Positions 20,210 through 30,330 of a stretch of 64,000 nt of DNA are shown in pieces (within the stretch, counting starts at the first letter, position 1; the number at the start of each line of letters is the position of its first letter). This stretch comes from an uncultured Christensenellaceae bacterium (GTDB lineage: Bacteria; Bacillota; Clostridia; Christensenellales; CAG-314): positions 40,907 to 104,906 of the forward strand of contig CAJUIZ010000006.1 of NCBI GenBank assembly GCA_910586625.1, given 5' to 3'. The notes below the pieces were generated by a model. That model saw only the letters and a list, made by a program, of their open reading frames with translations. It did not search any database and was not told where the DNA came from. A program made the position numbers and the translations under genes.

Positions 20210-21796
20210 TTAACCGAGCCGCTTTGCCAACGCCATAGCTACGCGCAGACCGTCCACCGCCGACGATACTATGCCGCCCGCGTACCCCGCGCCTTCGCCT
20301 GCGGGATACAGGTTGCGGATATTGCTTTGAAAACCGTCGCCGCGTGTTATCCTGACGGGTGAAGACGTGCGCGTTTCCACGCCTGTTAACAGTCCGTAAT
20401 CCGCAAAGCCTTTTATTTTGCCGTTGAAGTACGCAAGCGAGCTTGCAAGGTCGTCGGAAATCGCCTTGGGAAGCAGGCTGCGAAGATTGGCTAATTGGAT
20501 ACCGCGCGGATAGCTTGGAGTTATTACCGCCGAAGCGGACGGGACGTCCGCTATGAAATCGGCGGCGTTTTGACAGGGCGCGACATAATTGCCGCCGCCC
20601 AAGCCGTATGCCTTGCGCTCCAAATCGCGCTGAAAGCGCAACCCCGAAAATACGTCCTTGCCGTATCCGAAGGCAGCCAAATCGTCGGCGTTGACCGTTA
20701 CGACAATTGCGCTGTTGCTGTTGGGCGCGTTACGCGCGTAGTCGCTCATACCGTTGACAACCAACGCTTCGAGTTCGCTCGAAGCGGCGACTACCGTTCC
20801 GCCCGGGCACATACAGAAACTGTAACAGCCGCGGCCGTCGGGGCAGTTGTTTACCAGCTTGTAGCTTGCCGAGCCTAAATCGCGGTGAGATGCGAACAGC
20901 TCGCCGTACTGAGCCTTGTTTATAAATTCGCGCTCGTGTTCTATGCGCAGACCCACGGCGAAGGGCTTGAAGCTCATATCCGCCCCGCGCGAGTACAGCG
21001 TTTGAAACGTATCGCGCGCGCTGTGTCCGCAAGCCAAAATTACGAAATCTGCGGATATACGCTTTATTTCGCCGTTTGCATTTATTTCAACGCCCGTAAC
21101 AACTCCGTCCGATACGGAAAAATCGGTTACAGCCGTATCGAACAGAAACTTGCCGCCGTGAGAAATTATGCGGTCGCGCATATTCGCTACGAGCGGTTTA
21201 AGCTTGTCCGTACCGATATGTGGAAGCGCGGACGTAAGAATATCCCGCGGCGCGCCGAAACGCACAAGCTCGTCGAATACGGTGTAGATAAGGGGCGACG
21301 ACGTGCCTGTTGTCAGCTTGCCGTCGGAAAAAGCTCCCGCTCCGCCCAATCCGAACTGAACGTTGCAATTCTCGTCCAATTGTCCGCCGCCGAAAAAGCC
21401 GTTTACCTTGCCTTCGCGCTGCGCGATATCCGAACCGCGTTCGATTACCGTAACGTCTAAACCGCATTTGACGAGATAAAGAGCGGCGAACAGTCCCGCA
21501 GGGCCCGCGCCCACTACGACGCAGCGTTTGTCCGTTGCAAGCTTCGGGACACTGTTAAGTACGTTTACCTGCGGACGGTATGCGGCGGCGTTAGACGGAA
21601 TCGCGTCCGTTTGCACCACGTACGAGCATACGAAACGGACGGCGGACTTGTCTCGCGCGTCAACGCTGCGCTTGTGCAGCCGCCAATCGTCTATCTGTGA
21701 CGGCTTGACGTTTAACGACTTGGAAATACGCCGCAACGCTTCCTGCTCGGACGCGCCTATCGGAATATTGATTGGTTTTGTAAGATAAAGAGCCAT
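20210..21796 (-). CDS. FAD-dependent protein (COG2509-type NAD(FAD)-utilizing dehydrogenase)
   Basis: Dinucleotide-binding motif VVVGAGPAGLFAALYL with a conserved C-terminal NLYPAGEGAGYAGGI. I moved the start to MALYLTKP (21796), 1 nt after the upstream stop. Confidence 0.75.
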   Translation of the reverse strand: MALYLTKPINIPIGASEQEALRRISKSLNVKPSQIDDWRLHKRSVDARDKSAVRFVCSYVVQTDAIPSNAAAYRPQVNVLNSVPKLATDKRCVVVGAGPAGLFAALYLVKCGLDVTVIERGSDIAQREGKVNGFFGGGQLDENCNVQFGLGGAGAFSDGKLTTGTSSPLIYTVFDELVRFGAPRDILTSALPHIGTDKLKPLVANMRDRIISHGGKFLFDTAVTDFSVSDGVVTGVEINANGEIKRISADFVILACGHSARDTFQTLYSRGADMSFKPFAVGLRIEHEREFINKAQYGELFASHRDLGSASYKLVNNCPDGRGCYSFCMCPGGTVVAASSELEALVVNGMSDYARNAPNSNSAIVVTVNADDLAAFGYGKDVFSGLRFQRDLERKAYGLGGGNYVAPCQNAADFIADVPSASAVITPSYPRGIQLANLRSLLPKAISDDLASSLAYFNGKIKGFADYGLLTGVETRTSSPVRITRGDGFQSNIRNLYPAGEGAGYAGGIVSSAVDGLRVAMALAKRLG

Positions 21797-21797
21797 A

Positions 21798-22973
21798 CTA
21801 AATTTTTCCGTACGCCGTTTGACGTTGCTGTTCGGAGAAGGTATACAGAGCGGAAGCCGCCGCAAAATACAGATTGTTGCCGCCGCAAATTCCGTCGACG
21901 TTGAGCACTTCGCCGAGAGCCGTTATACCGTTGGGCAAAGTAAGCGTATCGGGATTGATGTATCTGTCGTCAATTCCGCCCGCGGTTACCTGACTCATAG
22001 AAAAATCCAAGGATTTGAGATATTGAAAGCGCATATTCTTGGCGGTATGCGCAAGCACGGATACGTCGTTTCCGCCGCAGCGTTTGATTACGACTTCCGC
22101 AACCTTATTGTGAAGTATTCCGTAAAACAGTTTGTTCGCGTCGTAGCCCGATTTCATCCTTAAATACAGCAGGTCTGCAAGATCCCACTGAGTCATACCG
22201 GGAACAAGGTCTGCTATGAAAATGTAATCGCCCTGCTGTCTTTTGACCTGCCTGCGCGCTATTATCGCCGACAGATTGAATACGCATATGCCCGACAGAC
22301 CGTAGTCCTTGAACAAAATCTCCCCGCTTTGCTTGCCCAAAAGCAGCGCGCCGTCGTATAACGAAACTTCGGCCTTTACCCGTATACCGTTGAGCACGCC
22401 TTCCATATTGTGAATTTTGACGGGAACAAGCGACGGAATAAGGGGCGTAAAATACTCCTTGGGAGCGACTGCGTACGGGGACGTTTCCAACGCCTGACTG
22501 CTGCTTCCGCAAGCGAGTACTACCTTGTCGAAACAACGGCTTGCGCCGCCCATACGCACTTCGTAGCCCTGCTGACAGGGCTTGCAGCTTGTGACTTCGG
22601 CGTCGCATTCCGTTTTGCCGCCGTACTTTGCCAATTGGTACCGTAAGCAATCGACGACGTTAGACGCGGAATCGGACAAGGGATAAAGTCTGCCTTCGGA
22701 ATCGGCGTACGTACGCACGCCCAAGCTTTCGAGAAACCGCAGATATTCGCCGACGGAAATTGCCGACAGCACGCGGTTTACAAGCGGACTTTTGTTGTAA
22801 TCCGCCGCCGAAACGGCGGAATTGCCCAAGTTGCACTTGCCGTTGCCCGTCATAGATATTTTTTTGCCTACGCGCGAATTGCGCTCCGCAACCGTAACGT
22901 CATAGCCGTTTTTTGCGGCGACAATCGCGTACGTCAAGCCCGCCATACCGCCGCCGATAACCAAAATTTTCAT
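21798..22973 (-). CDS. NAD(P)/FAD-dependent oxidoreductase, HI0933/BaiN-like flavoprotein
   Basis: MKILVIGGGMAGL...KISMTGNGKCNLGN and a C-terminal GEVLNVDGICGGNNL. The start at 22973 is preceded by AGGTGA. Confidence 0.78.
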   Translation of the reverse strand: MKILVIGGGMAGLTYAIVAAKNGYDVTVAERNSRVGKKISMTGNGKCNLGNSAVSAADYNKSPLVNRVLSAISVGEYLRFLESLGVRTYADSEGRLYPLSDSASNVVDCLRYQLAKYGGKTECDAEVTSCKPCQQGYEVRMGGASRCFDKVVLACGSSSQALETSPYAVAPKEYFTPLIPSLVPVKIHNMEGVLNGIRVKAEVSLYDGALLLGKQSGEILFKDYGLSGICVFNLSAIIARRQVKRQQGDYIFIADLVPGMTQWDLADLLYLRMKSGYDANKLFYGILHNKVAEVVIKRCGGNDVSVLAHTAKNMRFQYLKSLDFSMSQVTAGGIDDRYINPDTLTLPNGITALGEVLNVDGICGGNNLYFAAASALYTFSEQQRQTAYGKI

Positions 22974-23025
22974 TGCTTCACCTACCGTTATATATTGTAG
23001 CAAATAAGCGTGAGTTTCGTCAACT

Positions 23026-24090
23026 TTATTGCCTTACGAAATATCCGTACAGACTGCGAATGACCGACGCGTCGGTTACCAAAAGCGCCTTGGAGCCGTC
23101 CGCTTCGAAGCTGTACACTTCCACTCTGTCCGCGGAAAAGGACCTGTCGAAGCAGTCGAAGCAAAAACGGTTATCGCAAAAAAAACGCGAAAAAATTTGC
23201 GTAATTTTGCTTAGCGGCATTGCGTGAAGAACAGTGGTTACAAACTTGCCGTCGGCAATCTTTTCCGTAACGGACAGCAGCTCGTTGCGCGAAGGACAGT
23301 TCGATATAAGCGTAGACGCTCCGCGGTGATTGAAAAAATTGCCGATTTTGATAGGAATGCCGCTGCGTTCGACGGGCGACACCGCATCTGGATGCAGCAC
23401 TTCCGCGCCGCCGACAGACAAACGGTACATCTCGTCGTAGCTCATTGTGGGAATGGTCTGAACACCCGAAATCAACGCCGGATTTGCCGTTTGAACGCCG
23501 TATGCATCCGTCCAATTTTCGTACAGAGAGCTGCCGCTTGCGACGGCGCACAGCGCGCCCGTAACGTCGCTTCCGCCGCGCGAAAAAGTTTGCCTGCCGT
23601 ATTTACCCATACCGTAGTATCCGCCCGTTACGGCTAATTCTACGCCCTTGAACGCCCTTTTCATAAGGGACACCGTAGCGTTAAACGACAGCTTGGAACC
23701 GTTAAAGCGCACTATTCCGTCCGCTTCTACATAGGTTGCGTTTAGGTACTTTGCCACGAACTTGGCGGACAGCTCTTCCCCCAAAGACATACAGTAACTT
23801 ATATCGCGCGAACGGGCGCGGGAATGCGCTTCGTCAAGCGTTTCTTCGGCGTTTATAGGTATGCAGTTGACTGCGGCGAGACGCGCGTATTTGTCGGCTA
23901 TTGCGCGCCAAACGCCTTCGTCGCCCGTAACGTAGTAGCGTTGTAGCAAATCGGTGGTCTTGACGTCCTGCGCATACTCCTTGCCGACTGCGCTTACAAC
24001 GACGCGGTTATGGAACGGCGTCAGAATTTCCTTTACAAAATGAAGATTGGCGGGGGTTATAGCCGTACCGCCGAACTTTGCCGTAATCAT
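23026..24090 (-). CDS. lysC: Aspartate kinase-like amino acid kinase
   Basis: MITAKFGGTA, VVVSAVG, SLGEELSA, FSRGGSDVTGA and GAEVLHP follow the aspartokinase pattern. At 354 aa it is short, and its regulatory C-terminus is atypical. Confidence 0.7.
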   Translation of the reverse strand: MITAKFGGTAITPANLHFVKEILTPFHNRVVVSAVGKEYAQDVKTTDLLQRYYVTGDEGVWRAIADKYARLAAVNCIPINAEETLDEAHSRARSRDISYCMSLGEELSAKFVAKYLNATYVEADGIVRFNGSKLSFNATVSLMKRAFKGVELAVTGGYYGMGKYGRQTFSRGGSDVTGALCAVASGSSLYENWTDAYGVQTANPALISGVQTIPTMSYDEMYRLSVGGAEVLHPDAVSPVERSGIPIKIGNFFNHRGASTLISNCPSRNELLSVTEKIADGKFVTTVLHAMPLSKITQIFSRFFCDNRFCFDCFDRSFSADRVEVYSFEADGSKALLVTDASVIRSLYGYFVRQ

Positions 24091-24132
24091 AATGTAATGT
24101 ACTGTGATAAACGGCGTTTAATTCGAAAAAAC

Positions 24133-24165
24133 GACAAAAAAAACGCCGCTTATACAAGCGGCGCA
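24133..24165 (-). terminator. Rho-independent terminator after cdaA
   Basis: On the minus strand, the CGCCGCT-TGTATA-AGCGGCG hairpin is followed by TTTTTTTTGTCGTTTTTT. Confidence 0.8.
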
Positions 24166-24205
24166 TATTACATAACAAAAGGAAAATGGGAAACCGAAGA
24201 ACGAC

Positions 24206-24340
24206 CTAAACGGCGCAAAACGATATTACCAACGTTACTACGACGGCGCAAACCACCGCCAAAAGCAGCAATCCGAAATAATGCTTGAAAAAGTGTTTGA
24301 ATCTCGAGCCGAAGCCGTGTTTGTTATCAGTCTTCTTCAT
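24206..24340 (-). CDS. Possible 44-aa single-TM micro-protein overlapping the cdaA stop
   Basis: Manual translation gives MKKTDNKHGFGSRFKHFFKHYFGLLLLAVVCAVVVTLVISFCAV*. The ATG lies 14 nt inside the end of cdaA, and the ORF ends just before the terminator. It falls below the ORF-track size cutoff and has a weak RBS. Confidence 0.3.
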   Translation of the reverse strand: MKKTDNKHGFGSRFKHFFKHYFGLLLLAVVCAVVVTLVISFCAV

Positions 24341-25178
24341 CGTTCAGCAACCCCCAAATACTTACTTCCTGTCCCTTATCCGCCAATTTCATAGCGCATT
24401 CCAGTATGGCTTTCAACTGGTCGGCATCCAAATAACGCTTGACTTTGCCGTCGCGTACGGCGGAGATAATACCCGTTTCTTCGCTGACTACTATTGCGGT
24501 CAGGCTCGGAAACGCTTCGGATACGCCTATCGCGGCGCGGTGACGCGTTCCGAATTCGCGCGGGAGATTGTGCGCCTGAGTAAGAGGCAGATAGCACCCT
24601 GCGGATACAACCTTGTTGTCCGTTATTACTACGGCTCCGTCGTGAAGGGGCGTTTTGGGGAAAAACAGCGTTTCCAAAAGCTCGGCGGATATTTCCGCGT
24701 TCACCTTGGTGCCGCTCTCCAAAATTGTGTCGGACAGGTCGTCCGCTACTATTATGAGCGCGCCCGTATCCGTCTTGGACAGGCGCAGACACGCCTTGAC
24801 GATTTCGGAAACGGATTGATTGAGATCGTCCCGTCCGTAATCGTCTTCGTCGCTGTCGCGGTTGACGGAGCGTTTAAGCGACAGACGGAACAAGTCGCGA
24901 TGGAATTCCTGATTAAACAGCGATACGCCCACAAGGCAAATGATTCCGTACGTGGTATACGCAAGGAACATAACTACCGTCTTGGGCAAAGCGAAGGACA
25001 GAGCAAATACAAACAAAACCGCCAACACGGCGAAAATTATAAGCGTCTGCATATTGCTCTTTTTGGCGTAATAAAACAGCGCGTAGAATACAAGCGTAAA
25101 CAAAAGCACTATTCCTACGCGGGCGAATACCGTCGAAAGAGTCCAATCAGTAAAAAAGTTTGTCAGAAAATCCCACAT
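24327..25178 (-). CDS. cdaA: Diadenylate cyclase CdaA (c-di-AMP synthase)
   Basis: Three N-terminal TM helices plus a DAC domain: GALIIV, PLHDGAVVI, GTRHRAAIGVSE. Confidence 0.92.
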   Translation of the reverse strand: MWDFLTNFFTDWTLSTVFARVGIVLLFTLVFYALFYYAKKSNMQTLIIFAVLAVLFVFALSFALPKTVVMFLAYTTYGIICLVGVSLFNQEFHRDLFRLSLKRSVNRDSDEDDYGRDDLNQSVSEIVKACLRLSKTDTGALIIVADDLSDTILESGTKVNAEISAELLETLFFPKTPLHDGAVVITDNKVVSAGCYLPLTQAHNLPREFGTRHRAAIGVSEAFPSLTAIVVSEETGIISAVRDGKVKRYLDADQLKAILECAMKLADKGQEVSIWGLLNDEED

Positions 25179-25442
25179 TTTTTGCGTCCCTTTTTAAGAA
25201 ATTACGTTACAAAATTATAACCGTCAAAGCGTTTTATAAGGGCGTAAAACCGTACGATTACGCCCGAAACGGAAAGAAAAAACTCTCCGTTAAACACTGT
25301 GAAACAATTATTACATATATATAATACAATATTTTATCAAAAAAATAAAGCGTATATATCAACTTTTAGCGCGAATTTTTAATTTTTTGACAATTTTTTT
25401 TGCAAATTTGCATAAATAATACATGTAATACGGAGAAAAAAT

Positions 25443-26327
25443 ATGAAACTTGCAATAATCGGCTACGGCAACTTAGGCAAAAGCTTGGAACGCGAAATAA
25501 AGAAAAGAGACGAATTGGAGCTTACGGCAATATACTCGCGCAGAACGTTAGACAACCCGTTATACCGCTCGGCGGCGTATATAGACAAATGCGACGCAGA
25601 CGTTGCGCTGATCGCGTTGGGAAGCCTGCGCGACGTTATGAGCTACGCAGACAGGTTTGCGCATATAAATACGGTGGACAGCTTCGACACTCACGCAAGG
25701 ATTGCGGAATACAAACAAAAATTAGGGGAGCTTAAAACGGACGGACTGTCAATAATTTCCGCAGGCTGGGACCCCGGACTGCTTAGCCTTGCGCGCGGAA
25801 TTTTTGCAAACGACGGCGCGGAAAACGTTACGGTATGGGGCGAAGGCGTATCGCAGGGACATTCCAACGCCATACGCGCGATTGACGGAGTTTTGGACGC
25901 GGTTCAGTTTACCGTGCCTAAGGACGGCTACGAACGGCTAATAAAAAACGGCGAACGGGACGGCTGCCGCCTGCACCGCCGCGTTTGCTTCGTCGCCGCA
26001 GTTGAAAGCGACAAAGAACGTATAGAAACGGAAATAAAAACGATGCCGCGGTACTTCGAGGGGTATGATACGGAAGTAACATTTGTAAGCGCGCAGGAAA
26101 TACGACGGTTGAAAGAGCGCGAGAGACACAGCGGCCGAGTTATAACGGAAGGCTGCGGATTCGGCGCAAAGACGGAAGTTTTTATGGAAAGCAACGCGGA
26201 TTTTACCGCAAAAATAATGCTGCGGTACGCGCAGGCGATTCCGCAACTGTTAAAAGACGGATACAAAGGCGCGTTAGACGTATTCGACATACCGCTGAAA
26301 TACATAGCGGACGGCAATCTGATTTGA
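25443..26327 (+). CDS. ddh: meso-Diaminopimelate D-dehydrogenase
   Basis: MKLAIIGYGNLGKS, SAGWDPGLLSLAR, GVSQGHSNAIR and RRVCFV align with my recollection of the Corynebacterium Ddh sequence. Confidence 0.85.
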   Translation: MKLAIIGYGNLGKSLEREIKKRDELELTAIYSRRTLDNPLYRSAAYIDKCDADVALIALGSLRDVMSYADRFAHINTVDSFDTHARIAEYKQKLGELKTDGLSIISAGWDPGLLSLARGIFANDGAENVTVWGEGVSQGHSNAIRAIDGVLDAVQFTVPKDGYERLIKNGERDGCRLHRRVCFVAAVESDKERIETEIKTMPRYFEGYDTEVTFVSAQEIRRLKERERHSGRVITEGCGFGAKTEVFMESNADFTAKIMLRYAQAIPQLLKDGYKGALDVFDIPLKYIADGNLI

Positions 26328-26350
26328 TATTTACTCGGCGCATAAATACA

Positions 26351-26383
26351 AAACCCCTGCCGTTTGCCGACGGCAGGGGTTTA
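26351..26383. terminator. Bidirectional terminator hairpin
   Basis: AAACCCCTGCCG-TTTGCCGA-CGGCAGGGGTTT lies between the convergent ddh and dCMP deaminase genes. Confidence 0.75.
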
Positions 26384-26394
26384 CTGCTTATATT

Positions 26395-26847
26395 TTACAA
26401 TTTGTCGTAGACGTCCACCTGAACGCCGGCTTCTTGCAGCAATTGCATAGAAAAGTCGTCGGGATAGCCGTCCTTGTAAACGATACGCTTGATACCCGCG
26501 TTGATAATCATCTTGGCGCAGATGACGCAGGGCTGATGCGTGCAGTACAGCGTTGCGCCTTCCAACACTATTCCCAAGCGCGCGGCTTGAATTATGGCGT
26601 TTTGTTCGGCGTGGACGGCGTAGCACAACTCGTGTCGGGTTCCGCTTGCTATGCCTAACTTTACGCGCAGGCATTCGCCCTTTTCCTTGCAGGAAACGAC
26701 CCCTTCCGGCGCGCCGTTGTAGCCTGTGGTTAGAATGCGTTTGTTCTTGACGATTACCGCGCCTACTTGGCGGTCGGACTTGAAGCAGCTGGACCAAGTT
26801 GCCACCTGCTCCGTCAGCTCCATAAATCTTTTATCCCATTTGTTCAT
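26395..26847 (-). CDS. comEB: dCMP deaminase (ComEB-type)
   Basis: Zinc motifs VHAEQNAI and PCVICAKMI. Length is 150 aa. Confidence 0.9.
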   Translation of the reverse strand: MNKWDKRFMELTEQVATWSSCFKSDRQVGAVIVKNKRILTTGYNGAPEGVVSCKEKGECLRVKLGIASGTRHELCYAVHAEQNAIIQAARLGIVLEGATLYCTHQPCVICAKMIINAGIKRIVYKDGYPDDFSMQLLQEAGVQVDVYDKL

Positions 26848-26863
26848 TAGTAAATACCTTTTT

Positions 26864-27015
26864 GTAATGCGTAATTAAGGCTCCGCTGCGCTGGATTTCT
26901 CCGCGCGTTCGCTACGCTCACTTGGTCGAAATGACATATTGTCTGCCAGCCAACACCGAGAGCGAGTGTGTTCCGCTTTTGCGCCTTTGAGCGTAGCGAA
27001 ACGAAGTCAAAAGCG
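26864..27015. repeat. Dispersed repeat family 1, copy C (most complete single copy)
   Basis: GTAATGCGTAATTAAGG...GCTGGATTTCTCCGCGCGTTCGCTACGCTCACTTGGTCGAAATGACATATTGTCTGCCAGCCAACACCGAGAGCGAGTG, followed by a TTCCGCTTTTG...CAAAAGCGGAA hairpin. Confidence 0.8.
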
Positions 27016-27029
27016 GAATATACGAGCGA

Positions 27030-27947
27030 TTAGTAGCGTTTTTTGCGTATTTTTCCGTCGACGCGGTGAATTACCACGCGTCCGTTGTGTACGGCGAGTT
27101 CATTAGCGTAGGCTATTGCTTCGGACTGCTTGTCGAACAGCTTGATAGCCTTGTCGCCCTTGCTGAGCTTGACCTGCCACTTGTCGTCGTCGCGCAGCGA
27201 AACGTGATATACCTTCGGTCCCTTGTTTGTTTCGGGAGCAGGCTCGCCCACCTTGGCGATGGGTTTGGGATCGGGTTCCTTCTTGGCGGCGGGCTTTGCC
27301 TCCGTCTTGGGTTCCTTTTTAGCTGCAGTCTTGGTCTCGGCAGGTTTACTCTCGCTTGCGTCGGCAGCCTTCGAAGCGGGCTTCTTAGTCTGCGAAGCCT
27401 TGGTATCCTTGTCGGCTGCGGACTCCGTCTTGGCGGGAGACTCGCTCTTTTTCTCCGTCGCGGCGGACTTGGTTTCTTTCGCGGCGGCCGTAGTCTTGGG
27501 CTCGCTTGTCTTGGCGCGCGCGGGCTTAGCTTGGGACTGCGACTTGGAGACAGGCTTTTCTTCCTTTACTACGGAAGCCTGCATTGCGGGTTCTTCCGCT
27601 TTTTCCTGCCGTGCGGCTGTTTCTTTTTTCATTTCCGTTTCCTTTTCGTCAGACGTTTGGACGAACGTTTCTTGCTCGGCATTGTCGGCGACGGCTGCGG
27701 GCTCCGACTCGGCGACGGGCGTTTCCTGTTCGGCAACGAAGGTTGCCGTAGACGCCTGCTCCTGTACGGGCGCGCGCTGCGCTTGACTTTGCGCCGCTTG
27801 GAGACGTTTTGCCTTTTTCTTCTTGGAAGCTGCCGCCGCTGCGATTATTATTATCAACAGTAGCACTACTCCGCCCGCGGCAACGACGTGCCAACCCAAT
27901 ACGGGGAAATCCTTGATAGTAAACAACGTGTCGGTAAAAAACGGCAT
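27030..27947 (-). CDS. Membrane-anchored protein with a K/A/E/T/P low-complexity linker and a C-terminal DUF2188-like domain
   Basis: N-terminal TM helix VVAAGGVVLLLIIIIAAAAA, ~200 aa of low complexity, and the C-terminus YHVSLRDDDKWQVKLSKGDKAIKLFDKQSEAIAYANELA. Confidence 0.65.
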   Translation of the reverse strand: MPFFTDTLFTIKDFPVLGWHVVAAGGVVLLLIIIIAAAAASKKKKAKRLQAAQSQAQRAPVQEQASTATFVAEQETPVAESEPAAVADNAEQETFVQTSDEKETEMKKETAARQEKAEEPAMQASVVKEEKPVSKSQSQAKPARAKTSEPKTTAAAKETKSAATEKKSESPAKTESAADKDTKASQTKKPASKAADASESKPAETKTAAKKEPKTEAKPAAKKEPDPKPIAKVGEPAPETNKGPKVYHVSLRDDDKWQVKLSKGDKAIKLFDKQSEAIAYANELAVHNGRVVIHRVDGKIRKKRY

Positions 27948-28119
27948 AGATATGTCACCCCTTGTAACGAGTAAATTTCAAAACATATCTATTTTAGCAT
28001 TTTTCTACAAAGATTTCAATTATTTGCAAGAAAATTTTTTACATTATTTATATATAATATGCGCCGAACCGCAATCAATGCGACTTAAAAAAATGTTGTC
28101 CGAATAACGGAAAAAAATG

Positions 28120-28147
28120 TTGACAAATCCGTATTAGGTAGTATAAT
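28120..28147 (+). promoter_or_regulatory. Sigma-70/SigA-type promoter of groES-groEL
   Basis: TTGACA (28120-28125), a 16-nt spacer, then TATAAT (28142-28147). Confidence 0.75.
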
Positions 28148-28159
28148 ATACGTAGACGA

Positions 28160-28186
28160 TTAGCAGTCGGGCTTTAAGAGTGCTAA
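28160..28186 (+). promoter_or_regulatory. CIRCE operator (HrcA binding site)
   Basis: TTAGCAGTC-N9-GAGTGCTAA has one mismatch to the consensus TTAGCACTC-N9-GAGTGCTAA. It lies between the promoter and groES. Confidence 0.9.
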
Positions 28187-28278
28187 AAGTGGGCATACTA
28201 TTGTTAAGCGCGCTTTTTAAGCAAAGTAAAAGCTTGAACTGTTAAAATTAAAATAAAAGCAAAATGGAGGCAAATAGA

Positions 28279-28569
28279 ATGAAACTTAAACCGCTATTCG
28301 ACAAAGTAGTAGTTAAGCAACCGGAAGAAACGGAACAAACGGTAGGCGGAATATTCCTGCCGACGTCCGCCAAGGAAAAGCAGGAAATCGCCGAAGTAAT
28401 TGCCGTAGGCGAAGGCGGAACGGTTGACGGCAAAGAAGTAAAAATGGTAGTAAAGGTCGGCGACAGGGTGCTGTACAGCAAATACGCGGGCAGCACGTTC
28501 AAAATCGACGGCGAAGAAGTTACGGTTATTAAGCAAAGCGATATTTTAGCTTTAATAGAGGAGGCGTAG
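28279..28569 (+). CDS. groES: Co-chaperonin GroES
   Basis: MKLKPLFDKVVVKQ...GGIFLP...GEGG....The GGAGG RBS sits ~8 nt upstream of the ATG at 28279. Confidence 0.95.
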   Translation: MKLKPLFDKVVVKQPEETEQTVGGIFLPTSAKEKQEIAEVIAVGEGGTVDGKEVKMVVKVGDRVLYSKYAGSTFKIDGEEVTVIKQSDILALIEEA

Positions 28570-30192
<1,623 letters not shown>

Positions 30193-30240
30193 AGCATTCG
30201 ACCGCACGCACTTGGCATAAAAAACGGAATAATAACACGC

Positions 30241-30275
30241 AAACGGGACTGCAAACGCAGTCCCGTTTTTTATTC
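30241..30275 (+). terminator. Rho-independent terminator of groESL
   Basis: AAACGGGACTGC-AAAC-GCAGTCCCGTTTTTTATT. Confidence 0.85.
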
Positions 30276-30330
30276 GAGATAATACCGATAAATTCCGCCG
30301 CTCGACGCTTAAAGCAAGCGAATACGGTTT

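Noticed and set aside
24285-25220. 311-aa plus-strand ORF antisense to cdaA
   Set aside because: cdaA on the minus strand has unmistakable DAC motifs. The antisense translation has no motif and atypical composition.
27066-27863. 265-aa and 187-aa plus-strand ORFs antisense to the DUF2188 gene
   Set aside because: They are an artefact of the low-complexity K/A/E/T coding repeat, giving Gly/Leu/Arg-rich translations.
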